Source: Patescibacteria group bacterium
GTDB lineage: Bacteria > Patescibacteriota > Patescibacteriia > JAXHNJ01
DNA: 64,000 bases
NCBI GenBank assembly: GCA_041649715.1
Contig: JBAZMP010000002.1
Span: forward strand, 196,964-260,963
Reading direction: 5' to 3'
The stretch's first letter is position 1. Each line of letters opens with the position of its first letter. The notes beneath the pieces were generated by a model. The model ran no database searches. It saw only the letters and a program-made list of their open reading frames with translations, and was not told the origin of the DNA. Shown here in pieces: positions 16,093 to 26,247 of the stretch. Made by a program: the position numbers and the translations under genes.

Positions 16093-18156
16093 ATGGCTAA
16101 ACTAACAGACACCGAAACAGGCGTCAAGCTCGCCGTTCCGGTTACGCAAAAAATTTCTATCGGTATCATGATGGTCGGCGCGTTTGCCGCGCTTTTTGGT
16201 ATCGCTTTAGGTATGAGTTATCAGTTGCCAAAAGAAAAAGCGACGCCGGCGATTGGAGCTCTTGCTTTCAAGCCTCTTTCGCTAAGCGACGGTAAGCCGA
16301 GTACATTGGAAAGCCAATATATTCGCAATTTTAATTTTCGACCTGGTTTTAATGAATCGGCTTTAACTGAAAATGAATACTTGGAAGGATCTTGGAGTGA
16401 ACTTATCGCAGTAGGCGCTGTTCCTGCTGAATTTTCAGATATACATTTATCTGATATTGAAAGAATAAGAATACAGACGCCGGCGGATGATCCATCTCGA
16501 TATTATCCCAATTTGCCAGATGAATACCTGGAATGGATAAATACTAATCAAACAATACCCTGGGATGCCCAAGATGTTAATTTTTCTCCTCATTCTTGGC
16601 ATTTGTTTTACGCAAACACTACGGGCGCGGGCGTGGCCGGTGATTACATTGTATTAATATCGCAGATTACTGATGAAACGCGAGGTTTACACGATGTTGT
16701 TTGGAACGTGCGTTTCTTTTTTGACAGAACCACTAAAAAATTAGCATATGTTGGCTATGTCTGGGCGGATCCGGATGTGGCAACGCCGCCGAATTTAAAT
16801 CTAAATTTTTACCTTTGGGAAGATAGTTCAAACATAATTGGATTTCAATTCTTAAGAGATAATGTCGTAATGGCCACTTACAACCAAGCGGGTTTTACCG
16901 GATTACTAAACGATAACACAAATATTAACAGCGGAGTTTTGTCAGGGACGACATATTCAATTGAAGATCCTCAGCCGGTGATAAGCCCGGGGAGCAAATC
17001 GCCTCTTCAAGTAAAGATAAGCCAAAGCGTGAAAGAAAAGGCAGTCACCCCACCAATGACCTTTAGCCTGGTAACTGATATCGGAGCGAAAACGCTTTGC
17101 TTTCCGTCCAATGTATTAACTCAGAATTCGGTGGTCAGTTATTATTATGATGTTGACGGCACGCCTTACACGGATGTTCGGCTTACCAAGATGGCCACTC
17201 CTAGAACATGTAAGAAAATGTTAGCGGCTGGTTTAAAGCCGACTGATATTATTTCGGGTGTGCCTAATAAAGAATGGGATTTTAACATTCGCGCTTCTCT
17301 TGATTTTAAACGTGAAAATACCTGGCTCGCTCACTATAACTTGCAGGATCAAACATTTTGGGATGATTCTTCGGTGGAAAATAGCAATACCCAAACGCCG
17401 TTGTTTATCGAAGCAGTACATGCAGGGTTTGGAGGTAATATTACCATTAATTCTCAAACATTTATTCTCAACTCGAATTTGGGCACAAATACCATTTGTA
17501 TTCCGAGGACAGATATCATTGAATATAGTCCAGTCAGATACTATTACGATATAAATGGTACGCCCTACTCGGACATATTATTAACAAAACCGATCTTGGA
17601 TAAAGGTTGTGGCGAGTTATTGGTAAATTCCTATAATCCGTCAGATATTACTAGTATGTCTTTGAGTAAAGATTGGGAGGTTAATGCTCGTGCGGCAACG
17701 ATAGAATTTGTGCGGAATAGGACAACCCTTGGTCGTTACCTTATAGAAGAACATAGATATACATCTGATATGACTGCTCAATTGCCCGACAGCAAGTCGC
17801 CACTATACATAAGACTGATGCACGGAGGTTTTATCGGTAATATTAATATTGACGCTCGATTTGCCACTCTTCAAACAAATCTCGGTTCTCTAAAAATATG
17901 TATTCCAGACTCGACTATTATCGAGTATAACCCAACAATCTATTACTACGATAACACTGGTAAGCCGTATAGTGACCCATTTTTAAAGAATTCTGTCGTT
18001 TGTCTTTTGTGCGAAGACGGGACTAGAGCGGATGGATGTAATGCTTCGCAGCAATATTGTAACTCCGATACATTAACTTTAAAAAAAATCTGTGAAAAAT
18101 GTGGTTATACTTGCGAACCTGGCACGGGTAGTAAGTCGATTCCTATTGAAGATTAA
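16093..18156 (+). CDS. secreted/membrane-anchored hypothetical protein with three tandem ~133-aa repeats and Cys-rich C-terminus
   Basis: N-terminal TM/signal ISIGIMMVGAFAALFGIALG. Repeats begin near aa 301, 433 and 567 (nt ~16993-18012), each with HxGFxGNIxI...NLG...ICIP...IIEYxPxxYYYDxxGxPYSD. C-terminal CxxC-rich tail. AT-richer than flanking genes. Confidence 0.6.
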   Translation: MAKLTDTETGVKLAVPVTQKISIGIMMVGAFAALFGIALGMSYQLPKEKATPAIGALAFKPLSLSDGKPSTLESQYIRNFNFRPGFNESALTENEYLEGSWSELIAVGAVPAEFSDIHLSDIERIRIQTPADDPSRYYPNLPDEYLEWINTNQTIPWDAQDVNFSPHSWHLFYANTTGAGVAGDYIVLISQITDETRGLHDVVWNVRFFFDRTTKKLAYVGYVWADPDVATPPNLNLNFYLWEDSSNIIGFQFLRDNVVMATYNQAGFTGLLNDNTNINSGVLSGTTYSIEDPQPVISPGSKSPLQVKISQSVKEKAVTPPMTFSLVTDIGAKTLCFPSNVLTQNSVVSYYYDVDGTPYTDVRLTKMATPRTCKKMLAAGLKPTDIISGVPNKEWDFNIRASLDFKRENTWLAHYNLQDQTFWDDSSVENSNTQTPLFIEAVHAGFGGNITINSQTFILNSNLGTNTICIPRTDIIEYSPVRYYYDINGTPYSDILLTKPILDKGCGELLVNSYNPSDITSMSLSKDWEVNARAATIEFVRNRTTLGRYLIEEHRYTSDMTAQLPDSKSPLYIRLMHGGFIGNINIDARFATLQTNLGSLKICIPDSTIIEYNPTIYYYDNTGKPYSDPFLKNSVVCLLCEDGTRADGCNASQQYCNSDTLTLKKICEKCGYTCEPGTGSKSIPIED

Positions 18157-18175
18157 AAAAAATATAACAAAAAAT

Positions 18176-18203
18176 CCTGTTAAATAAAACAGGCTTTTTT
18201 GTT
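18176..18203. terminator. bidirectional rho-independent terminator
   Basis: cctgtt/aacagg stem with a 6-nt loop and T-tracts on both strands. It lies between the convergent genes ending at 18156 (+) and 18217 (-). Confidence 0.6.
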
Positions 18204-18216
18204 TATGATGAAAAAG

Positions 18217-18735
18217 TTATTTCGCGGCTTCGATTTCTCTTTCAAACTTGCAAGCCTGGTCAGAACAGCGTTCATGATTTTCTTTGGATACAATCATTAA
18301 TTTTCCGCATTCCGGGCATTTGTTGCCTGTGGGTTTGGACCAAAGGGCGAATTTACAGTCGGGGTATTTATTGCAGGAGTAAAAAACTTTGCCTAAACGG
18401 CTTCGGCGCTGGACGATTTCCCCCGAGTTACACTCGGGGCAGGTGACACCGGTGGTGATTTGGATGTTTTTAATATTTTTACAGGCCGGATATTTTGAGC
18501 AGGAAAAGAAAGGGCCAAAACGTCCGTTTTTGCGCACCATCGGCGCCCCGCATTTGTCGCACTTTTGGGGGATGATTTCCATCCTTTCTTGTTTGCCAAT
18601 CGTGCCGTCATCATTTATTTTCTTGGTATTCCGGCAGGCCGGAAAACCGGAGCAGGCCAGGAATTTGCCGAAGCGGCCTTCTTTTTCCCGCATTTCTTTG
18701 CCGCATTTTTCGCATTTGAGGTTGAAATCATCCAT
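18217..18735 (-). CDS. stand-alone topoisomerase-type C4 zinc-ribbon repeat protein
   Basis: Three repeats of CxxC-(x)n-GRFGxFxxCSxYPxC, the same pattern as the TopA C-terminal zinc ribbons. Its ATG is 2 nt after the topA stop (TAAtcATG), in a different frame. Confidence 0.65.
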   Translation of the reverse strand: MDDFNLKCEKCGKEMREKEGRFGKFLACSGFPACRNTKKINDDGTIGKQERMEIIPQKCDKCGAPMVRKNGRFGPFFSCSKYPACKNIKNIQITTGVTCPECNSGEIVQRRSRLGKVFYSCNKYPDCKFALWSKPTGNKCPECGKLMIVSKENHERCSDQACKFEREIEAAK

Positions 18736-18737
18736 GA

Positions 18738-20954
18738 TTATTTCTTTAGTTTATGGGGATTGTGGTTAGGGCAGGTTTTGTCTGAACAGCGTTCGGGGAT
18801 AGTCTTAGTTCCTTCCACCATTAAAGCGCCGCAGACGCCATTCTCGCGCTTGTAATCGCAAGTCCGACCCGTGGGCTTGGCATTTATGGCGTATTTGCAT
18901 TTCGGATAGTCAGAACAGCTGTAAAAAATTCCAAAGCGGCCTCGCCTTTCGACGATCTCGCCCTTTTTACATACCGGACATTTTACGCCCGAGGAATTAT
19001 TATGGTTGTTCTCGCTCTTTTTGATGTATTTGCATTTGGGATAATTGGAGCAGGCGATAAACTTGCCGAAGCGGCCTTCTCTCTCCACCAGTTTGCCGTC
19101 TTTGCACTCCGGACATTTTTCCCCGGTTTCCACCGGGCCGGCCAGCTCCTGCCCTTCAATCGTTCTGGCGCCGGAACAGGCGGGGAATTTGGCGCAGCTT
19201 AAGAATTTTCCGGAGCGTCCGAGTTTGATCACCATTTTTCCGCCGCAAACCGGGCATTTAATATCTTCCGGGCCTTCGCCCAAAGTGGTAATTTTTTCAA
19301 TTTTTTCTTTCGCCTTGATATCCCGGGAGAAAGGTTTATAAAAATCTTCCATTGTCTTTTTATATTCTCTTTGGCCATTGGCGATTTCATCCAACTCGTC
19401 TTCCATTTCCGCGGTGAAGGAGTCACTGATGTATTTGGCAAAATATTTTTCCAGGAAATCGCTTACCACTTCGCCGGTATCCGTCGGCCGCAAAGTCTTA
19501 TTTTCTGATATTACGTAGCCGCGGGCCAGGATGGTATTGATGATGGTGGCATAAGTGCTCGGTCGGCCGATGTCGCGTTTTTCCAGTTCTTTGACGAGAC
19601 CGGCTTCCGTATAACGGGGAGGAGCTTGGGTTTCTTTTTGCAAAGATTCGATTTTTTCCAAAGATAACGGATCGCCGATATTAACTTTGGGCAGGTCAAT
19701 TTCGTTATTTCTGGCGGCGGGATCGGCCGAAAGCCAGCCGGGATTAAGGATGTGCGTGCCGTTGACGCTAAAATCCGGAATTTCCTTCTCTTTGATATTG
19801 GCGGTAATTTTGGTTTTTAAGAGGGTTGCGTCTGTCATTTGGCAGGCTAAAGTCCGCTGCCTGATAAGATTATAAAGTCTTTCCTGGTCGCCTTTGTCCG
19901 CTGATTTCAGGGAAAAATCCGTGGGCCGGATGGCTTCGTGGGCTTCCTGGGCATTTTTACTTCTAGATTTATAATGTCTTTCTTGGAAAAATTCCGCCCC
20001 GAAATCGGCGGTAATCACCCCCTTCATATGGGTAATTGCTTCCGCGCTTAGATTCGTACTGTCTGTGCGCATGTAGGTGATAAGACCGGCTTCATACAAT
20101 CTTTGGGCGATCCTCATGGTGCGCGAGGGAGTAAAGCCGAAACGACTGCTTGCGGTTTGCTGCAAGGTAGAGGTGATAAAGGGAGCGCGTGGCGCTCTTT
20201 TTAAGGTGTTTTCTTTTACTTCTGTAATCAGCCAATTGCCGGCCCGGCCCTTTTTTAAGATAATGTCGACTATTTTTTTATCTCGTGGCTCTTCCCCGCA
20301 AGCAAGGGTTAAAAGATCGCCTTTTTTTGTTTTTAGGGAAGCGGCGATTGTCCAAAAGGTTTCCGGCTTGAATTTTCTGATTTCTCTTTCTTTCTCCATG
20401 ATTATCCTTAAGGCAGGCGACTGGACCCGGCCGGCGGAAAGACCATAGCGCACTTTTTTCCAGATAAGCCCGCTTAAATCATAGCCCACTATCCGATCCA
20501 GGACCCTTCTGGCTTCCTGGGCGATGCGTAAGTTTTGGTCGATCTTTCGGGGGTGGCTTATCGCTTCTTTGATCGCCGATTCCGTGATTTCATGGAAGAC
20601 GACTCTTTTTATCTTTTCCGCGTCAAGACCCAGGATTTCGGCAATATGCCAGGAAATAGCTTCCCCTTCACGGTCGGGGTCGGTCGCGAGCAGTATTTCA
20701 GGGGAATTTTTCGCCAGTTTCTGTAAAGAAGCGACGATCTCTTTTTTGTCGGGTGAAATTTCATAATGAGGAATAAAGCCTCCTTCAATATCAATGGCCT
20801 TTTTGTTGGATTTGGGCAGGTCGCGCAAATGCCCGTAAGATGAGACAATATTAAAATCGTCTCCCAAAAAGCGGGAGATGGTCTTTGCCTTGGTCGGCGA
20901 TTCGACGATGACTAAGTTTTTATTTTTGGCCATTTTATTTTTCGTTCCAATCAA
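18738..20954 (-). CDS. topA: DNA topoisomerase I
   Basis: TOPRIM N-terminus NLVIVESPTKAKTI, type IA core and 3-4 C-terminal zinc ribbons. An alternative start at 20933 (MAKNKN) is possible. Confidence 0.9.
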   Translation of the reverse strand: MIGTKNKMAKNKNLVIVESPTKAKTISRFLGDDFNIVSSYGHLRDLPKSNKKAIDIEGGFIPHYEISPDKKEIVASLQKLAKNSPEILLATDPDREGEAISWHIAEILGLDAEKIKRVVFHEITESAIKEAISHPRKIDQNLRIAQEARRVLDRIVGYDLSGLIWKKVRYGLSAGRVQSPALRIIMEKEREIRKFKPETFWTIAASLKTKKGDLLTLACGEEPRDKKIVDIILKKGRAGNWLITEVKENTLKRAPRAPFITSTLQQTASSRFGFTPSRTMRIAQRLYEAGLITYMRTDSTNLSAEAITHMKGVITADFGAEFFQERHYKSRSKNAQEAHEAIRPTDFSLKSADKGDQERLYNLIRQRTLACQMTDATLLKTKITANIKEKEIPDFSVNGTHILNPGWLSADPAARNNEIDLPKVNIGDPLSLEKIESLQKETQAPPRYTEAGLVKELEKRDIGRPSTYATIINTILARGYVISENKTLRPTDTGEVVSDFLEKYFAKYISDSFTAEMEDELDEIANGQREYKKTMEDFYKPFSRDIKAKEKIEKITTLGEGPEDIKCPVCGGKMVIKLGRSGKFLSCAKFPACSGARTIEGQELAGPVETGEKCPECKDGKLVEREGRFGKFIACSNYPKCKYIKKSENNHNNSSGVKCPVCKKGEIVERRGRFGIFYSCSDYPKCKYAINAKPTGRTCDYKRENGVCGALMVEGTKTIPERCSDKTCPNHNPHKLKK

Positions 20955-21300
20955 TCATCGTATTCTTTCTTTTTGCTTTTTCTTGAGTAAAGCCTTGCGG
21001 ATATCTTTTTTGCAGTTTTTCCCGATTTTCGGCCAAGATTTCCGATAAATCCCAATTAAAGAAATTACAGATCATGGCGGCGTACCATAAGGTATCGCCA
21101 AGATTTTCCCGGATGCCCTCTTTTTGGTCGTTGGCGTGGGCGAATGTTTTCTTAATGCAGCTGGCGACATCGCCGGCTTCCCCGGTTATCCCTAATCCCC
21201 AGGTCATAATTTCTTTTTCCGGGTCAGTGAATTTTTTGGCAGTTGAACGGCACAATCTCTGATATTCAGATAAATCGGTCGTTTCTTTTTTTTCAGACAT
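20935..21300 (-). CDS. MazG-like nucleotide pyrophosphohydrolase domain protein
   Basis: 121 aa with an EExGD...E..GDxLW pattern (GITGEAGDV...ENLGDTLWYA). It overlaps the topA start. Confidence 0.6.
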   Translation of the reverse strand: MSEKKETTDLSEYQRLCRSTAKKFTDPEKEIMTWGLGITGEAGDVASCIKKTFAHANDQKEGIRENLGDTLWYAAMICNFFNWDLSEILAENREKLQKRYPQGFTQEKAKRKNTMIDWNEK

Positions 21301-21341
21301 ATTATTTTTTATAATGTAGAGTTTGTTTAACGAAGAAAGTC

Positions 21342-22433
21342 TTATCGGCCCAAAACATAATGCATGCCGCCGATATTTTTCACCATGCCCTTCATTTCCA
21401 TCAAGGTCAGGGCGGAATTGATAATACTAGGTTTTAGTTTACTACCTTCAATAATTTTGTCAATATGTAAGGGTTGCCGGCTTAAAATTTTTAATATTAT
21501 TTTTTCTTCGGCCGTGTCCGGAGAAATAGTCTGATTTTCTTGAAACTCGCCCGCCATTTCCAAGTTTAAGGGGTTTAAAATATCCGTATAAGAAGTGACC
21601 GGCCGTGCCCCCATTTTAATCAAATTATTCGGCCCGAGTGAATTGGGGGAAAAAATTGAGCCGGGCAGGCAAAAAACCTCCCGGTTTTGTTCCAGGGCGA
21701 AGCGGGCGGTAATCAGCGCTCCGGACCGCAGGGGAGCCTCAATTATCAGGGTGCCTAAAGAGAGGCCGGCAATAACCCGGTTCCTTTGGGGAAAATGAGG
21801 TTTTAAGGGAGGGGAGCCAAGGGGGAATTCCGACAGGATAAGACCTCTGTTTTCCAAGATTTTTTCGGCCAGTCGGTAATTAAGGCGGGGGTGAATTATA
21901 TCCAGGCCCGAGCCTAAAACAGCGATTGTCCGACCGCCGCTATCCAAGGTAGCCTGATGAGCGACCGCATCTATCCCTAAAGCCAGGCCGGAAACAATAG
22001 AGATTTTATTTTGTGCTAGTGGCCTGACGATTTCCTCTGTGGCTTGCCTCCCGTACGAAGAGGGTTTACGCGTGCCGACCACGGCGAAAAGAAATTCCGA
22101 GGGGTTAATGAATTCTCCCTGCCAATAAAGAACAGCCGGCGGGTCGTAGATTTCCTTTAAAAGCGCGGGGTAACCAGTATCTTTGATTGTCATTAAGCTT
22201 ATCTTTTCTTTTTCCAGTTTTTGCCATTCTTTTTCTAGAGCGATCTCTTTTTTCTTATTTTGTATTATGCTGATCATTTTTTCTTCCAGGCCGGCTTTTA
22301 GCAGCTCAAAACTTGAGGCGGCGTAAGCGTCCCCTAGATTTTTAAAATATGAATACAACTTTTTGAATCTGACCGGCCCGATTTCCGGGATCAGAGAGAA
22401 GAACAGCCAGTAGATTTTTTCTTGGCTTGACAT
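21342..22433 (-). CDS. dprA: DNA processing protein DprA (Smf)
   Basis: Rossmann-like core GTRKPSSYG...SGLALGIDAVAHQATL...TIAVLGSGLDIIHP. The dprA-topA adjacency is conserved in many bacteria. Confidence 0.85.
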   Translation of the reverse strand: MSSQEKIYWLFFSLIPEIGPVRFKKLYSYFKNLGDAYAASSFELLKAGLEEKMISIIQNKKKEIALEKEWQKLEKEKISLMTIKDTGYPALLKEIYDPPAVLYWQGEFINPSEFLFAVVGTRKPSSYGRQATEEIVRPLAQNKISIVSGLALGIDAVAHQATLDSGGRTIAVLGSGLDIIHPRLNYRLAEKILENRGLILSEFPLGSPPLKPHFPQRNRVIAGLSLGTLIIEAPLRSGALITARFALEQNREVFCLPGSIFSPNSLGPNNLIKMGARPVTSYTDILNPLNLEMAGEFQENQTISPDTAEEKIILKILSRQPLHIDKIIEGSKLKPSIINSALTLMEMKGMVKNIGGMHYVLGR

Positions 22434-22507
22434 AGTTATTATTTTGTGATAGATTATGAGATTAGTTGACGATTAGGTCTGCTTTCTTTCACAAAAAGAG
22501 GTAAAAG

Positions 22508-22759
22508 ATGTCAGGGATAACAGTTATGGAAGTAATCAGGAATGATGATAAGGCGGTTTTAGCCGTGACCCTCTTGGTGGATGGGGCAGAAATCACTTTC
22601 CGGCCGAAAGACGGCCGATTGATCGAGACTAGCCGCATGAATCCGCCGGGGACAAACGAGGGATCGCCCTATTTTTCTCCCAAGCTTTACGCCCAGCTTA
22701 AACGGGTTGCTGAATCCATCTATGGTGAGGGGCAATCTCGAATCAAAGCCGCTCACTAG
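22508..22759 (+). CDS. hypothetical small protein
   Basis: 83-aa ORF with an AGAGGT SD-like sequence. A stem-loop terminator follows. Confidence 0.4.
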   Translation: MSGITVMEVIRNDDKAVLAVTLLVDGAEITFRPKDGRLIETSRMNPPGTNEGSPYFSPKLYAQLKRVAESIYGEGQSRIKAAH

Positions 22760-22780
22760 AATCTGTGTTCTTTCTTTTCC

Positions 22781-22806
22781 GACAGGCACTCCGTGCCTGT
22801 CTTTTA
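22781..22806 (+). terminator. rho-independent terminator
   Basis: gacaggcac-tcc-gtgcctgtc 9-bp stem followed by TTTTATAAATAAAAAA. Confidence 0.6.
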
Positions 22807-22854
22807 TAAATAAAAAAGCGGCTTTTTCAGCCACCTCTTTGTCAATTCTGCACT

Positions 22855-25800
22855 TTACATGAATATCTTAACATACTCCATTAATTTTGACAACCAGTTT
22901 TTGCCTAACTGCTGTTTGTCGATCTTGATCTGCTCGTCAGTGAAATCCCAGGCGGGTTCTTTCTCAATCAGTTTTTTTATTTTTTCCGGGTATAATTTTT
23001 CGTAGAAATTAACCACCACTTTTTCTTTCTGGATGCCCTCAATATTGATTTTTACCCCGTTTATGCTGGAAACCTTGGCTTTTTGTCCGATAATCTTTAA
23101 CTTTAACAGGGCGAAGAGGTTTTCCAGGGGGGTCGGCAGGGAGCCGTATTTCTTTAAGAAATTATGGCGGTATCCTTCCAGCTCGCCAATGTCAAAGACA
23201 TTGGCCAGTTCCTGGTATATTTTTAAGCGTTTGCCTTCTTCGGGGATCAGCTCTTTCGGCAGGCCTAAACTCAAGGGCAGCTCGATCTGAATGTCTCGGA
23301 TCGGTTTGGCCACTCGGCCGGTTTTTAATTCTTCCATGGCCTGATTTAAAAGCCGTAAATATAGATTAAGACCGATCGCCTTGATGTGCCCGGATTGTTT
23401 ATGGCCTAATAAATTTCCCGAACCTCTGATTTCCAGGTCGCGGAGTGCCAGTTCGAAGCCGCCGCCCAGCTCCTTGGCTTCAAGCAAGGCTTTGAGCCTC
23501 TTGCGAGCCGTGGCTTTCATTTTTTTGGAATCATAAAGAAAGTAAGCGTAGGCTTTTTTATAAGAACGGCCGATGCGTCCGCGCAGCTGGTAGAGATCGG
23601 CCAGGCCGAAATGAGTGGCTTTTTCCACGATCAGAGTATTGGCGTTGGGCAGGTCCAGACCGTTCTCGATGATTGTTGAGCAGACCAGGAGATTTGTTTC
23701 CTGGTTGTCAAAGCGCCGCATTTCCTCCATCAGGTTTTTTTCATTCAGCCGGCCGTGGGCGACGCCGATCTTTGCCTTGGGTATCAGTTTTTGCAAGGCT
23801 CCCGCTTTCAGATTGATTGTTTCCACCTGGTTGTGAAGGTAATAGACCTGACCGTTCCGTTTGAATTCTTCTTCCGTCGCTTTTTTGATCAGTGATTCAT
23901 CGTAAGGAGTGATGTTGGTTTCGACCGCCTGGCGGCCCTCCGGCGGAGTAGTGATCAGAGAGACGTCGCGGAGGCCGGCCAATGAGAAGTTTAGGGTGCG
24001 GGGGATGGGAGTGGCGGAAAGAGTCAGAACATGAGCCTCGGCTCGTAAGCTTTTCAGTTTTTCCTTGTCATGGACCCCGAATCTCTGCTCCTCGTCGATA
24101 ATAATCAGGCCGAGGTCTTTGAATTTTACATCCGGGGAAAGCAGGCGGTGGGTGCCGATGACTATATCATAAAGGCCTGTCTTTATCTTCGCTAGAATTT
24201 CCTTTTGCGTTTTGGGAGAGTCCACCCGGCTTAAAAGCGCGGTATTGATGCCGAAAGAAGCCAGCCGGTTTTTAAAAGTGTCAAAATGTTGCTGGGTTAA
24301 GATCGTGGTCGGACAGAGGAGGACCACCTGTTTTTTATTTATGACGGCTCGGAAAGCGGCCCGCATGGCGACTTCGGTTTTGCCAAATCCGACATCACCG
24401 CAGATAAGCCGGTCCATCGGTTTGTTTTTTTCCAGATCTCCCATCACTTCCGCAATCGCTTTTTTCTGATCAGGCGTTTCCGTGAATTTAAAAGAAGTCG
24501 CCAATTCGTTTTCTTCCGCTTCGTGGGCTTTTAAGGGTACGGCTTTGGCGGTTTGACGGCTGGCATAGAGCTTGATCAGTTCGGAAGCGGTGATTTCCGC
24601 TGATTCTTTCACTTTGCGGGTAAGCTGAAGCCAGGCCGCGCCGGAGAGCCGGTGCAGTTTGGGATGCGATTCACCGATATATTTGCCGATTTTCTCCGCG
24701 TATTCAATGGGAACAAAGAGCTTGTCGTCTTCCGCGTATTCCAGGCAAAAATATTCTTTTTCCAAATCGTTGATTTTTTGGTAGATAATGCCTTTAAAAA
24801 CGGCGATGCCGTGGTCCATATGCACGACGAAATCACCCGGTTTTAGTTCATAGATCAGGGCGAAGTTAATTTTCTTGTGGGGCATTACCTCGTCTTTTTC
24901 CAGGTCGCCGAATATTTCATAGTCGGTAAGAAAAACGATCTTTTTCCGTTCCGAGACAAATCCACGTATTTTTTCGTGGGGCAGGTCCGTGATCTGGCAG
25001 GTATTTTTGACCTGAAACTCCTTGAATAAATGCCGGATAGATTTTTCTTTTTGGGTGGCCACGATTACCCGGAAATCGTTTTTCTGGTAATTTTTGATTT
25101 CCGAGGTGAGCTTTTTGAGGTTATTGAAGAAATAGGGACTAGGTTTGAAATCAAGCGGTTCGGTCTGTTTATTTTTTAAGCTTTGAAAAATTATCCGGGG
25201 GTAATTCTTTATTTTTTCGTCTATTTCCGGCCATTGAGGCGCGAATTCCTCAAAAGATTCCGGATCAGAATAAATAAAAGTGGGGGCGGATCTAAGATAT
25301 TCAAAGATAGGCGATTTAGGCGGGAGAAAATTAATATGAGCAGGTCTGATTATCAGCTCATGAAGATTTTTTTGCGGTTTTTTGCTTAAGAGATCAAATA
25401 CCTTGATCGTCTCGATTTTATTGCCCGAAAACTCGATTTTTAAAGGATTAGGGAGATTGATGGGAAAAACTTCGACCACGCCACCGTGACGGGCAAAACT
25501 GCCCTCCTTGGAGGCAAACTGACTAAATTCATAGCCCAGGTTAGCCAGCCATTGGCTTAAGCGGGCGGGATTAAGCGTAAGGTTGATTTTCAATTTAAGA
25601 GTGCTGTTTTCAAAATCTTGGACGGAAGGCAAAGTCTTGATAATATCGGCCGGCGTACAGACGATGATCAAGGCCTTTTTTTCCATCAGGCGGGAAAGCA
25701 GGCGACCGTCAAGATTAGAGAGATCAAATAAGGGTATTTTAAGCTGGTTCTGGTTCTGCCAATAAGTAAGATTAACTGTTATTTTTTCTTTTTCCTTGGT

Positions 25801-25971
25801 CTCTCTGACACACCAAAAAATCACCGCATTTTCTTTAGTTTTGAGGGCATGGTTTATTATATAATAGGTTTTGGCCGTGGTGTTGGTTACGCCGGTCAGT
25901 TCAACGGGTCTTTCAATAATTCTTTTCATCAATGTCCGCGTGCTTGATTTCTGGTCCAAATTATTTACCAT
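22855..25971 (-). CDS. mfd: transcription-repair coupling factor Mfd
   Basis: 1038 aa. Superfamily-2 helicase motifs ([23 protein letters not shown]) and TRCF-type N- and C-terminal regions. Confidence 0.9.
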   Translation of the reverse strand: MVNNLDQKSSTRTLMKRIIERPVELTGVTNTTAKTYYIINHALKTKENAVIFWCVRETKEKEKITVNLTYWQNQNQLKIPLFDLSNLDGRLLSRLMEKKALIIVCTPADIIKTLPSVQDFENSTLKLKINLTLNPARLSQWLANLGYEFSQFASKEGSFARHGGVVEVFPINLPNPLKIEFSGNKIETIKVFDLLSKKPQKNLHELIIRPAHINFLPPKSPIFEYLRSAPTFIYSDPESFEEFAPQWPEIDEKIKNYPRIIFQSLKNKQTEPLDFKPSPYFFNNLKKLTSEIKNYQKNDFRVIVATQKEKSIRHLFKEFQVKNTCQITDLPHEKIRGFVSERKKIVFLTDYEIFGDLEKDEVMPHKKINFALIYELKPGDFVVHMDHGIAVFKGIIYQKINDLEKEYFCLEYAEDDKLFVPIEYAEKIGKYIGESHPKLHRLSGAAWLQLTRKVKESAEITASELIKLYASRQTAKAVPLKAHEAEENELATSFKFTETPDQKKAIAEVMGDLEKNKPMDRLICGDVGFGKTEVAMRAAFRAVINKKQVVLLCPTTILTQQHFDTFKNRLASFGINTALLSRVDSPKTQKEILAKIKTGLYDIVIGTHRLLSPDVKFKDLGLIIIDEEQRFGVHDKEKLKSLRAEAHVLTLSATPIPRTLNFSLAGLRDVSLITTPPEGRQAVETNITPYDESLIKKATEEEFKRNGQVYYLHNQVETINLKAGALQKLIPKAKIGVAHGRLNEKNLMEEMRRFDNQETNLLVCSTIIENGLDLPNANTLIVEKATHFGLADLYQLRGRIGRSYKKAYAYFLYDSKKMKATARKRLKALLEAKELGGGFELALRDLEIRGSGNLLGHKQSGHIKAIGLNLYLRLLNQAMEELKTGRVAKPIRDIQIELPLSLGLPKELIPEEGKRLKIYQELANVFDIGELEGYRHNFLKKYGSLPTPLENLFALLKLKIIGQKAKVSSINGVKINIEGIQKEKVVVNFYEKLYPEKIKKLIEKEPAWDFTDEQIKIDKQQLGKNWLSKLMEYVKIFM

Positions 25972-26042
25972 AAGAGAGGAATAGAAGAATAAATATTTCT
26001 GGCTTATATTAGCCTTTTTATTCTAATTAATAAGGCACACTC

Positions 26043-26071
26043 TTGACGAATGATTCAAGTTGTGCTAATAT
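26043..26071 (+). promoter_or_regulatory. sigma70-like promoter TTGACG-17-TAATAT (extended -10 TGTGc)
   Basis: cTTGACGaatgattcaagttgtgcTAATAT. No protein-coding gene lies downstream on the + strand. Confidence 0.45.
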
Positions 26072-26081
26072 ATTCTATCAA

Positions 26082-26246
26082 TCGTTTACATGAAAAAATT
26101 GTCTTCAGGCTTTCCGGTAGATTTCTACTTACAAGCGGCGATCAAGCGGTATACCCTCCTAAACCGTTTGTAACCTAAGCTAAGGTTTTATTCCTTTAAT
26201 GGATTGGAATCTTACGCTTGTAAGTAGTAATTTGCGGGAAAGTTTT
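26082..26246 (+). ncRNA. candidate structured small RNA (unknown family) in pth-mfd intergenic region
   Basis: Downstream of the promoter above. A 13-bp long-range helix ctacttacaagcg (26126-26138) pairs with cgcttgtaagtag (26214-26226). Ends in a TTTTTTT run at 26238-26244. No convincing ORF or SD. Confidence 0.35.
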
Positions 26247-26247
26247 T

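Noticed and set aside
22811-22845. Possible terminator for mfd (ggct-gaaaa-agcc plus T-run on minus strand)
   Set aside because: The stem is only 4 bp, too weak to call.
26098-26178. 26-aa ORF (MKKLSSGFPVDFYLQAAIKRYTLLNRL) inside the candidate sRNA
   Set aside because: It has no SD. Its length is below anything supportable without conservation data.
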